Source: Macrostomum lignano
Taxonomy: Eukaryota
Length of the DNA: 64,000 bases
Assembly: GCA_002269645.1 (NCBI GenBank)
Contig: NIVC01002322.1
Span: 120,137-184,136 of the forward strand
Direction of reading: 5' to 3'
Both the position numbers and the translations under genes were made by a program. Positions 13,808-27,100 of this stretch are shown here, in pieces. The number at the start of each line of letters is the position of its first letter. Position 1 is the stretch's first letter. Below the pieces are notes generated by a model. The model saw nothing but the letters and a program-made list of their open reading frames with translations. It was not told the origin of the DNA and made no database searches.

Positions 13808-13963
13808 TCTCGATGAGATTCGTCTCAATGAGGTTCGTCTCGATGAGATTCGTCTCGATGAGATTCGTCTCAATGAGATTCGTTTCAATTAGATTCGTCT
13901 CAATGAGATTCGTCTCAATGAGAGTCGTCTCACTGAGATTCGTCTCAATGAGATTCGTCTCAA
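13808..13963. repeat. 15-bp intronic repeat (atgagattcgtctca/g)n
   Basis: Direct reading, ~10 copies. Confidence 0.9.
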
Positions 13964-14019
13964 TTACGAAAGCATTACATTATAATTCAGAATGGACTAT
14001 TCTCTATCCCATCCCCCAG

Positions 14020-14385
14020 GTGAAGCTGTCAATCACGCTGGCCTCGCTGCTCGGGCTCACCTGGCTGCTGTGCATTCTATTCTTCTTTGCTCAGGGCCGG
14101 TTCCTGCTCGCGGCTCACTACCTGTTCGTGCTGCTCACCGGCCTGCAGGGCTGCTTCATCTTCGCCACCCAGATCGCCGCTCACGAGAGAATTCGCGAGG
14201 CCTGGGAGCGGCGCCTGCTGAGCAGCGGCGGCCGCTGCCTCCCCAGCAGCCTTCGCCGCTGTCTGGAGAGACGGCGCACGGACAGAATGAGCGGCGCCTG
14301 CGGCAAGCAGCAGCAGCTGCAGCAGCAGAAGTTGAACTCCAGAAGCAAAAGTGCGGCCGATTCCGCTGCGCAAGGGAATTCGAAG
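14020..14385 (+). CDS. Adhesion GPCR exon: TM6, TM7, start of C-tail
   Basis: ccccag|GTG acceptor; LLGLTW (TM6) and GLQGCFIF (TM7); AAG|gtttgt donor in phase 0. Confidence 0.9.
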
Positions 14386-14791
14386 GTTTGTAAGAATCTC
14401 AATCCTTGGCTTAGGGATTAAGGATCATTGGGGTATTTAGCTGATGGGTGAGTGAGCTAATTAATTGGTCATTGAGTTTTTTGGTCATTGAGCTTATTGG
14501 TCATTTAGTTTATTGGTCATTTAGTTTATTGGTCATTGAGTTTATTTTTCCTTTAGTTTATTGGTCATTGAGTTTATTGGTCATTGAGTTTATTGGTCAT
14601 TGAGTTTATTGGTCATTGAGTTTATTGGTCATTGAGTTTATTGGTCATTGAGTTTATTGGTCATTGAGTTGATTGGTCAATGAGTTTATTGGTCATTTAT
14701 TTGATAGGTCATAAAGTTAAGTTTTCACCGAGTTGTTTAAACAACCAAGCTATATCCCAGAATGTGTGCAACTACCTATATCCCTGTGCAG

Positions 14792-15037
14792 AGGAACTGC
14801 TGCACCTGTTGCCATCTGCTGTTCTCTGGCTCGCCCAACACGGCATCATCTGAGGCCGCCTTGTGCCCTTCCTCAGAGAAAAATATTTGTCATCAGATGC
14901 AGCCAGAGCCCGTAACTTCCGGGTTCGCTGTAACCGACTGCAACACTCCCGTGGGCCTCTGCATGAGACCCCTGCCCAGTGACAGCATCGCCTCCTCTGC
15001 TGACTGCTCTGTTGCCACCGATGTCACCCGGCTGTAG
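14792..15037 (+). CDS. Possible terminal C-tail exon of adhesion GPCR
   Basis: tccctgtgcag|AGG acceptor is in phase 0 with ORF 14762-15037; low-complexity S/T/P-rich tail. Confidence 0.35.
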   Translation, partial: RNCCTCCHLLFSGSPNTASSEAALCPSSEKNICHQMQPEPVTSGFAVTDCNTPVGLCMRPLPSDSIASSADCSVATDVTRL

Positions 15038-15039
15038 AG

Positions 15040-15830
<791 letters not shown>

Positions 15831-15986
15831 ACACTGCGAAGGTGTAACTCCCATTCACACATTCTATTTAAAGTGGCACCCCAGCTGCATGCTCGTACGT
15901 ACGGATTTCTCTCACGGATTTCGAATATTTACTCAGTTTCAATCACAAGAATCACTGCCAGTTATTAAATATTATCTTATCCCCGA

Positions 15987-16301
15987 ATGGTGAACTTCCT
16001 CACTGGCACCCCCGCCTCACGCATGCAGTCTGACAGCCACTCGATGGCTCCGATTTACCGCGGCACTGCTCAGACTGAGGAAGTCAGCTTCGTCACCTCA
16101 TCACCGGCGGCAGCCGCTCCTCCTGGTGATGATCGACAGAGAGCCGAGCCAATTAAAGTTGCCATGGCAACCACGATTAGCCTGGGCGATATTCAGTGCG
16201 CCTGCGGCTGCGGCAGCGCAAATGACGGCCAGTGCGACAATGGCTTGGACGAGGAGGACTGGCACACGGCCGACATCATGCCTCCCGTTGCTGAGGCCTG
16301 A
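15987..16301 (+). CDS. Possible coding exon (unassigned; may be an alternative GPCR tail)
   Basis: GC-rich, non-repetitive ORF only. Confidence 0.25.
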   Translation: MVNFLTGTPASRMQSDSHSMAPIYRGTAQTEEVSFVTSSPAAAAPPGDDRQRAEPIKVAMATTISLGDIQCACGCGSANDGQCDNGLDEEDWHTADIMPPVAEA

Positions 16302-17254
16302 GGCTGGGCCATAGACAGTTGCACAATTTGCTAGCTAAAATTTCAGCGGATGCCTCACTGTGGTTCCAGACAGTTCTAGCTATTGCAATTGTGTCTGTAA
16401 TTTGTGTGCTGACACCTCTCCCTGACAACCCCTGTGTTTCTGCCCCCTCTCTTCCTGACGGCCCCTGCATACCCGCCCCTTCTCTCCCTGACAGCCCCTC
16501 TGTACCCTCCCCCTCTCCCTGACAGCTCCTGTTCGCCCCTTTCTCATGTGTACCCTTGACAGCCCAAGTGTACCCACCCCTCGCTCCCTGCCAGGCCCTG
16601 CTTTCCCGCCCCTCTACCCCTGACAGCCCCAGTGTTTCCGCCCCCTCTAACCCTAACAGCCCCAGTGTTTCCGCCCCCTCTCTCACTGACAGCCCCAGTG
16701 TTTCCGCCCCTTCAACCCTGATAAACTCTGTGTTTCCACTCTATCTTAGACTTTGCCATACACGCACAAATTCTCAATAAGTATCTGACTACAGAGTTTT
16801 AAAACATTTTGATGATCATTGTTAAATTTTTATACGCTCGTACGAGACAATAATAGAAATTTCAGCTAAAATGTACGCGATTAATAGAGCAATATGTAAT
16901 GTTAATAGTTGGTCCACGTGTAATGTACTACATGCATAATACGCTTTATAGGAACTCTGCTATTGTACATTGACAGTGCTACTCATTGCCTCTGTTTTGC
17001 AGTAGTACATAGTGAGTAAGACATTTCTAGGCTTGTATTTCGGAAGCAGCTGAAGTTTATTATAATTTTTTATTATTGTCGAAATACTACACTTATTGAT
17101 TATATTCACATTCGCCCATTCAAATATCACCGTTAGTTGCACGCTATTTAAAATATATTGTAATTTGTTTCATTCAAGTGAGAAGTTTCTACTGTGAAGA
17201 AATCTTTTAATAGCTAACCCACTGAGCTCCGCCACCAACTCTACTAGACCCGTA

Positions 17255-17645
17255 AACCCTCAACACTCAACCCCTCAACCCCTCTCAACACTCAACCCCT
17301 CAACCCCTCTCAACACTCAACCCCTCAACCCCTCTCAACACTCAACCCCTCAACCCCTCTCAACACTCAACCCCTCAACCCCTCTCAACACTCAACCCCT
17401 CAACCCCTCTCAACACTCAACCCCTCAACCCCTAAACCCTTCCACCCCTCAACCCCTCAACCACTCTCAACACTCAACCCCTCAACCCCTCTCAACACTC
17501 AACCCCTCAACCCCTAAACCCTTCCACCCCTCAACCCCTCAACCACTCTCAACACTCAACCCCTCAACCCCTCTCAACAATCAACCCCTCAACCCCTAAA
17601 CCCTTCCACCCCTCAAGCCCTCAATACTTAAATCCTTCAACCCCT
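17255..17645. repeat. C-rich ~25-bp repeat (caacccctctcaacactcaacccct)n
   Basis: Direct reading; the minus strand carries GGGGTTGA runs. Confidence 0.9.
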
Positions 17646-17965
17646 TACCCACAAAAAGAAATATATAAAGACAGCTCGCAATTGCATGACCAGAAAAATA
17701 TAAAGCCAAGTAGTGAAATAGACTCTTAAAGAGAGTGTGCGAGATCGTGCAGACTGACTCGTGCAACATCAAGATTTAAAATAGTTTAAGAAATACAAAT
17801 ATCAGTTTCAAGAATATGAATATGTTTAGATATTTTTGAAAAAGGAATAACGTAATTTCGTTTTTAATTTCTTAGTTTAACGGCATTAAAAACATTTTTT
17901 ATCTTAAAAGGCATCGGGAATTATTTGTTCACAGTTTCTGCAATCCGACTGTAATTATCTTGGCT

Positions 17966-18028
17966 CAATTCATCATCATCATTATCATCATCTTCATCAT
18001 CCTCATCATCATCATCATCATCATCATT

Positions 18029-18083
<55 letters not shown>

Positions 18084-18135
18084 GCATCATCACCAGCACT
18101 ATCGTCATCTTCATTGGCTTCAGCATCAGCACCAG
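17966..18135. repeat. (ATC)n trinucleotide tract just downstream of the CAP-EGF stop codon
   Basis: Direct reading; explains the poly-I and poly-M ORFs. Confidence 0.95.
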
Positions 18136-18145
18136 CATCATCATG

Positions 18146-21100
18146 TCATCCCAGGCGCGACAGCAAAGCAGCAGCTGTGAGTCCACCGACCCAGCCTCCG
18201 GCACTGATGAAGCCGTTTGAAGCCGAGTTCTGATTATAGCCGAACATGGCATCAGCAACTGACTTGTAGTCGGTCACAAAGCTGACGCTGACGCCGGGTA
18301 GACCGCCGCTGATTGAAGAGTTTCCAGAGTTGATCGAGGCGGTCAGAGCGCTGGCTGAGAGACTGCTGCCTGAGGCTGCGGAAGCTGCAAATCGTTTACG
18401 TTGAATGCTTAGCGTTTCTACTAAAACTGCACCAACCTACTACACCCACTCCGCTCCTACACCCACCCCACTCCTACACCCACGCCATTCCTGCACCCAC
18501 CTCACTCCTGCACCCACCCTACTCTTACACCCACTTTACTCCTGCACCCACCCCAGTCCTGCACCCAACCCGCTCCTGCACCCACCACACTCCTGCACCC
18601 ACCCCAGTCCTGCACTCACCCCACTCCTGTACCCACCACACTCCTGCACCCACCCCACTCCTGCACCCAACCCGCTCCTGCACCCACCACACTCCTGCAC
18701 CCACCCCAGTCCTGCACTCACCCCACTCCTGTACCCACCACACTCCTGCACCCACCCCAGTCCTGCACCCACCCCACTCCTGCACCCACTTTACTCCTGC
18801 ACCCACCCCAGTCCTGCACCCAACCCGCTCCTGCACCCACCTCACTCCTGCACCCACCCCAGTCCTGCACCCACTCCACTCCTGTACCAACCACACTCCT
18901 GCACCCACCTCACTCCTGCACTCACCCTACTCCTACACCCACCCCACTCCTGCACCCACCTCACTCCTGCACCCACCCTACTCCTACACCCACCCCACTC
19001 CTGCACCCACCTCACTCCTGCACCCACCTCACTCCTGCACCCACCCCACTCCTGCACCCACCTCACTCCTGCACCCACCCCATTCCTACACCAACCTCAC
19101 AAGAGGTCGTCAATTTCAGCAATCAAACTTTGTCCGCCTACCTGCCCGCTTCTTTCGTCCACTTCCGGCGGCAGCGGAGGCGCACAGACTGTTTCCGGTC
19201 GGGGGCTCAGCATAGACGGCAACCTCAAGGTCGCCCGAGTCAGCTGTTTTAATCGAGTAGTTCACGTAGTAGAGTTCAGCTGAGGACAGCAGAGTTGTGG
19301 AGGCCAGGTCGCCAGCCCCGCTGCTGGAAACAATCGGGCAGCAACGGGCGGGATCGGCTCGGCAGAACGTGTTGATGGCGGAGGCCAGCAAGGTTCGCAG
19401 GGTGGGCCAGACATCGCGGACGAACTGGGGAAGTGTTGGAAGATAGGTAGTGATCTTTCGGTTCATATTTGTTTATCGATAATCCAATAGCATCCGCCCA
19501 TTATTTCCGGTCCCATCCTGCAGCATCCGCCCCCTCATTTCCGGTCCCAACCTAAAGCATCCGCTCCCTCATTTCCGGTCCCATCCTGCAGCATCCGCTT
19601 CCTCATTTCTGGTCCCAACCTAAAGCATCCGCCCTCATTTCCGGTCCCAACCTAAAGCATCCGCCCTCATTTCCGGTCCCAACCTAAAGCATCCGCTCCC
19701 TCATTTCCGGTCCCATCCTGCCCCATCCGCCCCCTCATTTCCGGTCCCAACCTAAAGCATCCGCTCCCTCATTTCCGGTCCCATCCTGCAGCATCCGCTC
19801 CCTCATTTCCGGTCCCATCCTGAAGCATCCGCTCCCTCATTTCCGGTACCAACCTAAAGCATCCGCTCCCTCATTTCCGGTCCCATCCTGCAGCATCCGC
19901 TTCCTCATTTCTGGTCCCAACCTAAAGCATCCGCCCTCATTTCCGGTCCCAACCTAAAGCATCCGCTCCCTCATTTCCGGTCCCATCCTGCAGCATCCGC
20001 TCCCTCATTTCCGGTCCCATCCTGAAGCATCCGCTCCCTCATTTCCGGTCCCAACCTAAAGCATCCGCTCCCTCATTTCCGGTCCCATCCTGCACCATCC
20101 GCCCCCTCATTTCCGGTCCCAACCTAAAGCATCCGCTCCCTCATTTCCGGTCCCATCCTGCAGCATCCGCTCCCTCATTTCCGGTCCCATCCTGAAGCAT
20201 CCGCTCCCTCATTTCCGGTCCCAACCTAAAGCATCCGCTCCCTCATTTCCGGTCCCATCCTGCAGCATCCGCCCCTCATTTCCGGTCCCAACCTAAAGCA
20301 TCCGCTCCCTCATTTCCGGTCCCATCCTGCAGCATCCGCTCCCTCATTTCCGGTCCCAACCTAAAGCATCCGCTCCCTCATTTCCGGTCCCATCCTGCAC
20401 CATCCGCCCCCTCATTTCCGGTCCCAACCTAAAGCATCCGCTCCCTCATTTCCGGTCCCATCCTGCAGCATCCGCTTCCTCATTTCCGGTCCCATCCTGC
20501 AGCATCCGCTCCCTCATTTCCGGTCCCATCCTGAAGCATCCGCTCCCTCATTTCCGGTCCCAACCTAAAGCATCCGCTCCCTCATTTCCGGTCCCAACCT
20601 AAAGCATCCGCTCCCTCATTTCCGGTCCCATCCTGAAGCATCCGCCCCCTCATTTCCGGTCCCAACCTAAAGCATCCGCTTCCTCATTTCCGGTCCCATC
20701 CTGCAGCATCCGCTCCCTCATTTCCGGTCCCATCCTGAAGCATCCGCTCCCTCATTTCCGGTCCCAACCTAAAGCATCCGCTCCCTCATTTCCGGTCCCA
20801 TCCTGCACCATCCGCCCCCTCATTTCCGGTCCCAACCTAAAGCATCCGCTCCCTCATTTCCGGTCCCATCCTGCAGCATCCGCTTCCTCATTTCCGGTCC
20901 CATCCTGCAGCATCCGCTTCCTCATTTCCGGTCCCATCCTGAAGCATCCGCTCCCTCATTTCCGGTCCCAACCTAAAGCATCCGCTCCCTCATTTCCGGT
21001 CCCAACCTAAAGCATCCGCTCCCTCATTTCCGGTCCCATCCTGAAGCATCCGCTCCCTCATTTCCGGTCCCAACCTAAAGCATCCGCTCCCTCATTTCCG

Positions 21101-24100
21101 GTCCCAACCTAAAGCATCCGCTCCCTCATTTCCGGTCCCATCCTGCAGCATCCGCTCCCTCATTTCCGGTCCCATCCTGAAGCATCCGCTCCCTCATTTC
21201 CGGTCCCAACCTAAAGCATCCGCTCCCTCATTTCCGGTCCCAACCTAAAGCATCCGCTCCCTCATTTCCGGTCCCATCCTGCAGCATCCGCCCCCTCATT
21301 TCCGGTCCCATCCTGAAGCATCCGCTCCCTCATTTCCGGTCCCATCCTGCAGCATCCGCTTCCTCATTTCCGGTCCCATCCTACAGCTTAGTAGCTCAAT
21401 TTCCCGTTCAATCACCGGAAACAGAAGATAAGCCGGTTGTATCCCTGGTTCCCTCATAATCTCCCCAGCTGCTCACCCCGCCGTATCCCAGCGGCACTCG
21501 GGCGCAGCTGCTGCCGGTGCAGAAGTCGAAGCCGCTGCGCAGTCGCAGCAGCACCCCGTTGGAGTAAGCCGTCACGGCCAGCTGGCACCGGGGCCCCGTG
21601 AAATTTGCCGGGCACCGGCAGGCGCTGCAGCTGGAGTTGTCGGATTCGACGCCGCCGTTCAGGCAGGGCGTCCCGGCTGCCGCGCAGGCGCCGCAGGTTG
21701 AAGGCGGTCCAGCCGACAGGGACGGCTTTGCTGTGAGCAAGTTTAATTTAGATGGCCTTATGCAAATCTTTCTACTGTTAGTAGGAATACTGATTCTTCC
21801 CCATGTTCCTCTCCTTCTTCATCTCTCTCTCCTTCCCCATCTCCTTCTCCATCTCCTCCATCTCCTTCTCCATCCCCATCTCCCTCTCCTTCCCCATCTC
21901 CCTCTCCTTCCCCATCTCCCTCTCCTTCCCCATCTCCCTCTTCATCCCCACCTCCCTCTTCATCCCTACCTCTCTCTCCTTCCCCATCTCCTTTTCCATC
22001 TCCTTCTCCATCACCATCTCCCTCTCCTTCCCCATCTCCCTCTCCTTCCCCATCTCCCTCTCCTTCCCCATCTCCTTCTCCTTCCCCATCTCCCTCCTTC
22101 CCCATCTCCCTCTCCTTCCCCATCTCCCTCTCCTTCCCCATCTCCCTCTCCTTCCCCACCTCCCTCTTCTTCCCCATCTCCCTCTTCTTCCCCATCTTCC
22201 TCTTCTTCCCCATCTCCCTCTTCTTCCCCATCTCCCTCTCCTTCCCCATCTCCCTCTCCTTCCCCATCTCCCTCTCCTTCCCCATCTCCTTCTCCTTCCC
22301 CATCTCCCTCCTTCCCCATCTCCCTCTCCTTCCCCATCTCCCTCTCCTTCCCCATCTCCTTCTCCTTCCCCATCTCCTTCTCCTTCCCCATCTCCTTCTC
22401 CTTCCCCATCTCCTTCTCCTTCCCCATCGCCAATCGCACGCAGCGAGCGCTACTCACTTGAGCAGTCGCTACCCGCATAGCCGACAGGGCAATCGCACTG
22501 GCAGACGGGCACTGGCGAGGCGGTCCGATTGTCTATGGCCGAGCCGCAGTTCTTGCAGACCACAGAGCAGGCTAAAATACGTGATCCAGTTGAAAATTTT
22601 GCCTTATAAAGTTTACTGCGCTACATATCGGCGAGTTGATTTAATTTTGAAACTATGGCGTAGATCAAACTGTCAATCATTCTATGACTCATTATGACTT
22701 ACTAGGATTTCCTTCGCGTGCTATGAGCTGAGCGTCAGTGGCCAGGCTGCCATTAACGCAAAGTCCATTTAGGCAGTAGCCAGCAGTTCTGGGGCAGGCT
22801 GAGCACGGCTCACCGGCCGTGTAGATGTGGCTGGGGTACCTGCAGCGGTTTGACAATTGATGACTTAGCGTTCTCCAACGCCCTTACCTACATCCAATGT
22901 CTCTCTTTTCCAACACCCTTACCCCCGATTTTCATGGCCTCCCTTCTCCAACACCCTTACCCCGATGTACATGGCCTCTCTTCTCCAACACCCATACCCC
23001 CGATGTACATGGCCTCTCTTCTCCAACACCCTTACCCCGATGTACATGGCCTCTCTTCTCCAACACCCTTACCCCGATGTACATGGCCTCTCTTCTCCAA
23101 CACCCTTACCCCGATGTACATGGCCTCTCTTCTCCAACACCCTTACCCCGATGTACATGGCCTCTCTTCTCCAACACCCATACCCCCGATGTACATGGCC
23201 TCTCTTTTCCAACACCCTTACCCCCGATTTTCATGGCCTCCCTTCTCCAACACCCTTACCCCGATGTACATGGCCTCTCTTCTCCAACACCCATACCCCC
23301 GATGTACATGGCCTCTCTTCTCCAACACCCTTACCCCGATGTACATGGTCTCTCTTCTCCAACACCCTTACCCCGATGTACATGGCCTCTCTTCTCCAAC
23401 ACCCTTACCCCCGATTTTCATGGCCTCCCTTCTCCAACACCCTTACCCCGATGTACATGGCCTCTCTTCTCCAACACCCTTACCCCGATGTACATGGCCT
23501 CTCTTCTCCAACACCCATACCCCCGATGTACATGGCCTCTCTTCTCCAACACCCATACCCCCGATGTACATGGCCTCTCTTCTCCAACACCCTTACCCCG
23601 ATGTACATGGCCTCTCTTCTCCAACACCCATACCCCCGATGTACATGGCCTCTCTTCTCCAACACCCTTACCCCCGATGTACATGGCCTCCCTTCTGCAA
23701 CACCCTTACCCCCGATGAAAATGGCCTCTCTTCTCCAACACCCATACCCCCGATGAAAATGGCCTTATGAGATTGGCGATGAGTTTGGTTTCTTGCATTG
23801 GTTTTTCAGGTGAATTGTTTCTGCTTTACTGTATATTGCAATCGTTACTCTCTGAGTAAGGGGTGTTAGACGCGCCGGAGGGTGCCGCTGTACATGTCGA
23901 TGTACTTTGGCGGGGGGTTGAGGTGTGGGGGTGTTGGCCGCGCCGGTCAGCTTAAAGCCTCTGCACCCGGCCCGGCTTGGCTCCGCCGCCATTTCTCAAT
24001 TTTTTTGCTCAGCCACCGCCATGAGTGGCAGCCCAAAGCGACTAAACGTGCGCCAACTCAAGGCTGAGCTGCGAAACAGAGGCCTGCCTACTACGGGCCG

Positions 24101-27100
24101 CAAACAACAGCTTGCCAAGCGCTTGTCTACTGCACTCGGTTTAGAGCAAGCTGACGAAGACTTCAACAACTCCGAGATGACTTCTGCTCCGGACGCCGAA
24201 GACGCCATCGGCAGCGCGGGCGAGGCGCCTCCGGGGGCGGGGAGCGACCGGCTGGCTGCGCTGCGGCAGGAGGTGGAGCTGCTCGAACTGCAAGTCCTGG
24301 AAGGCCGTCGTCGTGATCTTCAGCAACAGCTTCACACTCAGCAGTGCTTGACGGCTCAGCCTCAGCCAGCATCATCATCAGGTAAGCATAACGCACATTC
24401 CAGTCTGCAGCTGCCCGAGGTTTTTGAATCTGGGATGAGGGAGGCGGCTCAGCTTCAGGCCGCTAATTGCCAGGCTCCGACTCGCAGGTTGCATCTCGTC
24501 AGAGACCACATCAAGCTAGCCAGAGGACCCGGCTCAGCCAGTCAGGAGCAGTTGATCGCCACTATGGAGAATGGCTCGCTCACATTCAGAAAGCAGTAGC
24601 CGAAGCTGTCTAGTATCTCTGCTGGTCAGTGGATCGCGGCCAACTCGATCATCTTGCAAAAGCTGATCAAGGAAAAACTCCCGGCGGCTGCTGGAAGCAC
24701 TGATGGTCTCCTGACTGACGTCCTTGGCTACCTTGACTACAATCGCAAGATTGGAGAGCTGCTGGCTGCTGACTACCCGGAATCCGTGATCTGAGAGTTT
24801 GACGAGGACTACCGGAGGCTGGTGGCGGAGTCGGGCATGGCGTGGGGTGAGGAGCCCCCTCAGTTGTACCACAAGCACCTCAACGCCCCCAGAAACCTGC
24901 GGTTCACGTTCGCTAAGCAGCCCAGCCAGCAGCAAATCCCGGCAGCAGCCAGGCCGATCTGTCTGCGCTTCAACTCCGAGTCCGGATGCAACCGCCAGAA
25001 CTGCAAGTTCCGCCACGTCTGCAAAATCTAAGGCTGCCTGGCAGCGCACCCGGCTCACGCTCACACGCAGTCGCCGCAGTCATTACTCACCAGACAGCTG
25101 CCGGGTCATGTGACCGGTGCGAGTGCAAAAAACTGATGCAATTTTATCCAGCTGACTGCTCTGCTTTTAATTCCGATTTTTCTGCTTTTACTTCTTCGCT
25201 GCCCATCTCGTCTGACCTGCAGCCTGACGCCTGGAGTGCTCTGCTCAGCGACGACCCAGACCGCGACTTTCTGAGGCCAGCCACCTTTGACTTCGTCCAA
25301 GAACCACGCCTCCGCCCTGCTGCACCGCTCTGCTGTGGAAGCCCAGGTCGAGGAGGAGCTGCGCCTTGGGAGGTACATCCGGTGGAGCGGCCCGATCAAA
25401 ATCAACCCCATCGGCGCCCTTCCCAAGTCCAACGGGCGGGTCCGCCTGATCCATGACCTGTCCTATCCGACCGGCCAGTCTGTCAACGACTGCTACGACC
25501 AACAGAAGCACATCAAGTACTGCACTGTCCAGCAGCTGGTTCGTCATCTCCATCCGGGACACTACATGGCCAAAATTGATCTCAAAAGCGCCTACAGGTC
25601 CGTGCCAATCAGGCCTGCTGACTACCGGCTCGTCGGCCTCGCCTGGCGGTTTGACTCAGACAGCCAGGACAGTCTGCTCTGCGACACCAGGCTTCCCTTC
25701 GGCGCCAAAGCTGCTTGCGAAGTTTTTCACCGTCTTTCAGCCGCCGTTACCCGGCACATGCACCGGCTTGGCTTTTCTGCTACGGTGAACCACCTGGATG
25801 ACTGGGCAGTCGCTGGGAAATCCGAGTGCGAGGCTTTCGCTGCTTTCGATTGCCTGCTGGACATCTTGCAGCGCCTCGGCTTTGCCATCAACTGGGACAA
25901 GGTTGTCAGACCTACGCAATGCATCGACTTCCTTGGCGTGCGCATCAACACCGCTACCGGCACCAAGTCGCTGCCCGAGGAGAAAGCTCTCGAGACGACA
26001 AAGCTGCTGACTCAAACCTGCTCGGAGACTCGGGTGCACATGCGCTCTGCTCAGAAGCTGATTGGCAAGCTTGGCTGGTTCTGTCAGATTGTCCCTCCTG
26101 TCAGAGTTTTACTGCGTCCGCTCTTCGACTGGCTGACAACTGCTGTTGACTGCAAGCTTTGGGTGACCGATGAGACCCGCGCCAACCTGTCCTGGTGGCT
26201 CAGAGCCCTGGCTTGGCTCCCCCCGGTGGCTTTGTGGCCGCGCTTTGATGAGGAGTTTGCCATGGAGACTGACAGCAGCCGGTCGGGCGCAGCCGCAGTC
26301 ATCTGGGGTGCCGAGAGTTTCTGGAGTGTCATCGACTGGGAGCTGGACTGCGGTGGTGTGTTCAAGGATGTCAACTTCAAGGAGGCTCTGGCACCTTTGC
26401 TGATCATCCTGCACCGTCGCTCTCAGCTAAAGAACTGCAAGATTGTCATCTACACTGACAGCACCGCTGTGGCTGGCATGATCAATCGCTGAGCTGTCGT
26501 GACCCGCGGTTCCTGCAGGTGTACCAGACTGTGGCTCTGCTGTGCATCAGGAACAGCATCAGTTTGGAGGCTTTTCACCTTCCTGGTCGCATGCAGATTT
26601 TTGCTGATGCCGCCTCCCGCATGTTTGCCTCGCAGTCTGAGCTCATTAACTTTTGCTGCCGCTACTAACGTACGCTCGTGATCTGCCTGCTTGAGTTCGC
26701 GTCGCACGCGCTCTCTGCCACTTCTCAATCTCGCCTCCTTTTGCAGGTCGCCCTCGCCCTCCAGAGACGCCGCCCGCCCCCCGCGCTGTGTCCGCCGGAC
26801 ACCTGTGCCGCCTCGGCCTGGCGGACAACTCCTGGCGATGCTACCTCAGCCAGCTGCGCTCCTGGGAAGCCTTCTGTGTTAGCGCAGGCCGCCCTTCATC
26901 TCCAGCTGACGGTGACCTGCTCTGCCGCTACATCGCGCACCTGGTGAGCACCCGGCTCCGGTCCTTCTCTAGCCTCCGATCCTACATCCATGCCGTCTCT
27001 TTTCTGCACCAAGCCACCGGCGCCCCCGACCCAGCGAAAAACTTCACCGTGCAGCTGGCCCTCCGCGGCGCCAAACGTCATCTGGGCCTGCGATGCAAAC

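Noticed and set aside
19490-21382. Regular ~34-bp repeats superficially like a CRISPR array
   Set aside because: There are no unique spacers (only 2-3 recurring variants), no cas genes, and the context is a eukaryotic intron.
26500-26790. Search for the DAM methyltransferase domain typical of DIRS1-type elements
   Set aside because: The RT/RH frame ends at ~26668 soon after ADAASR with no DPPY/NPPF-like motif, and the termini are split direct repeats rather than ITRs, so the element is called Ngaro-type.
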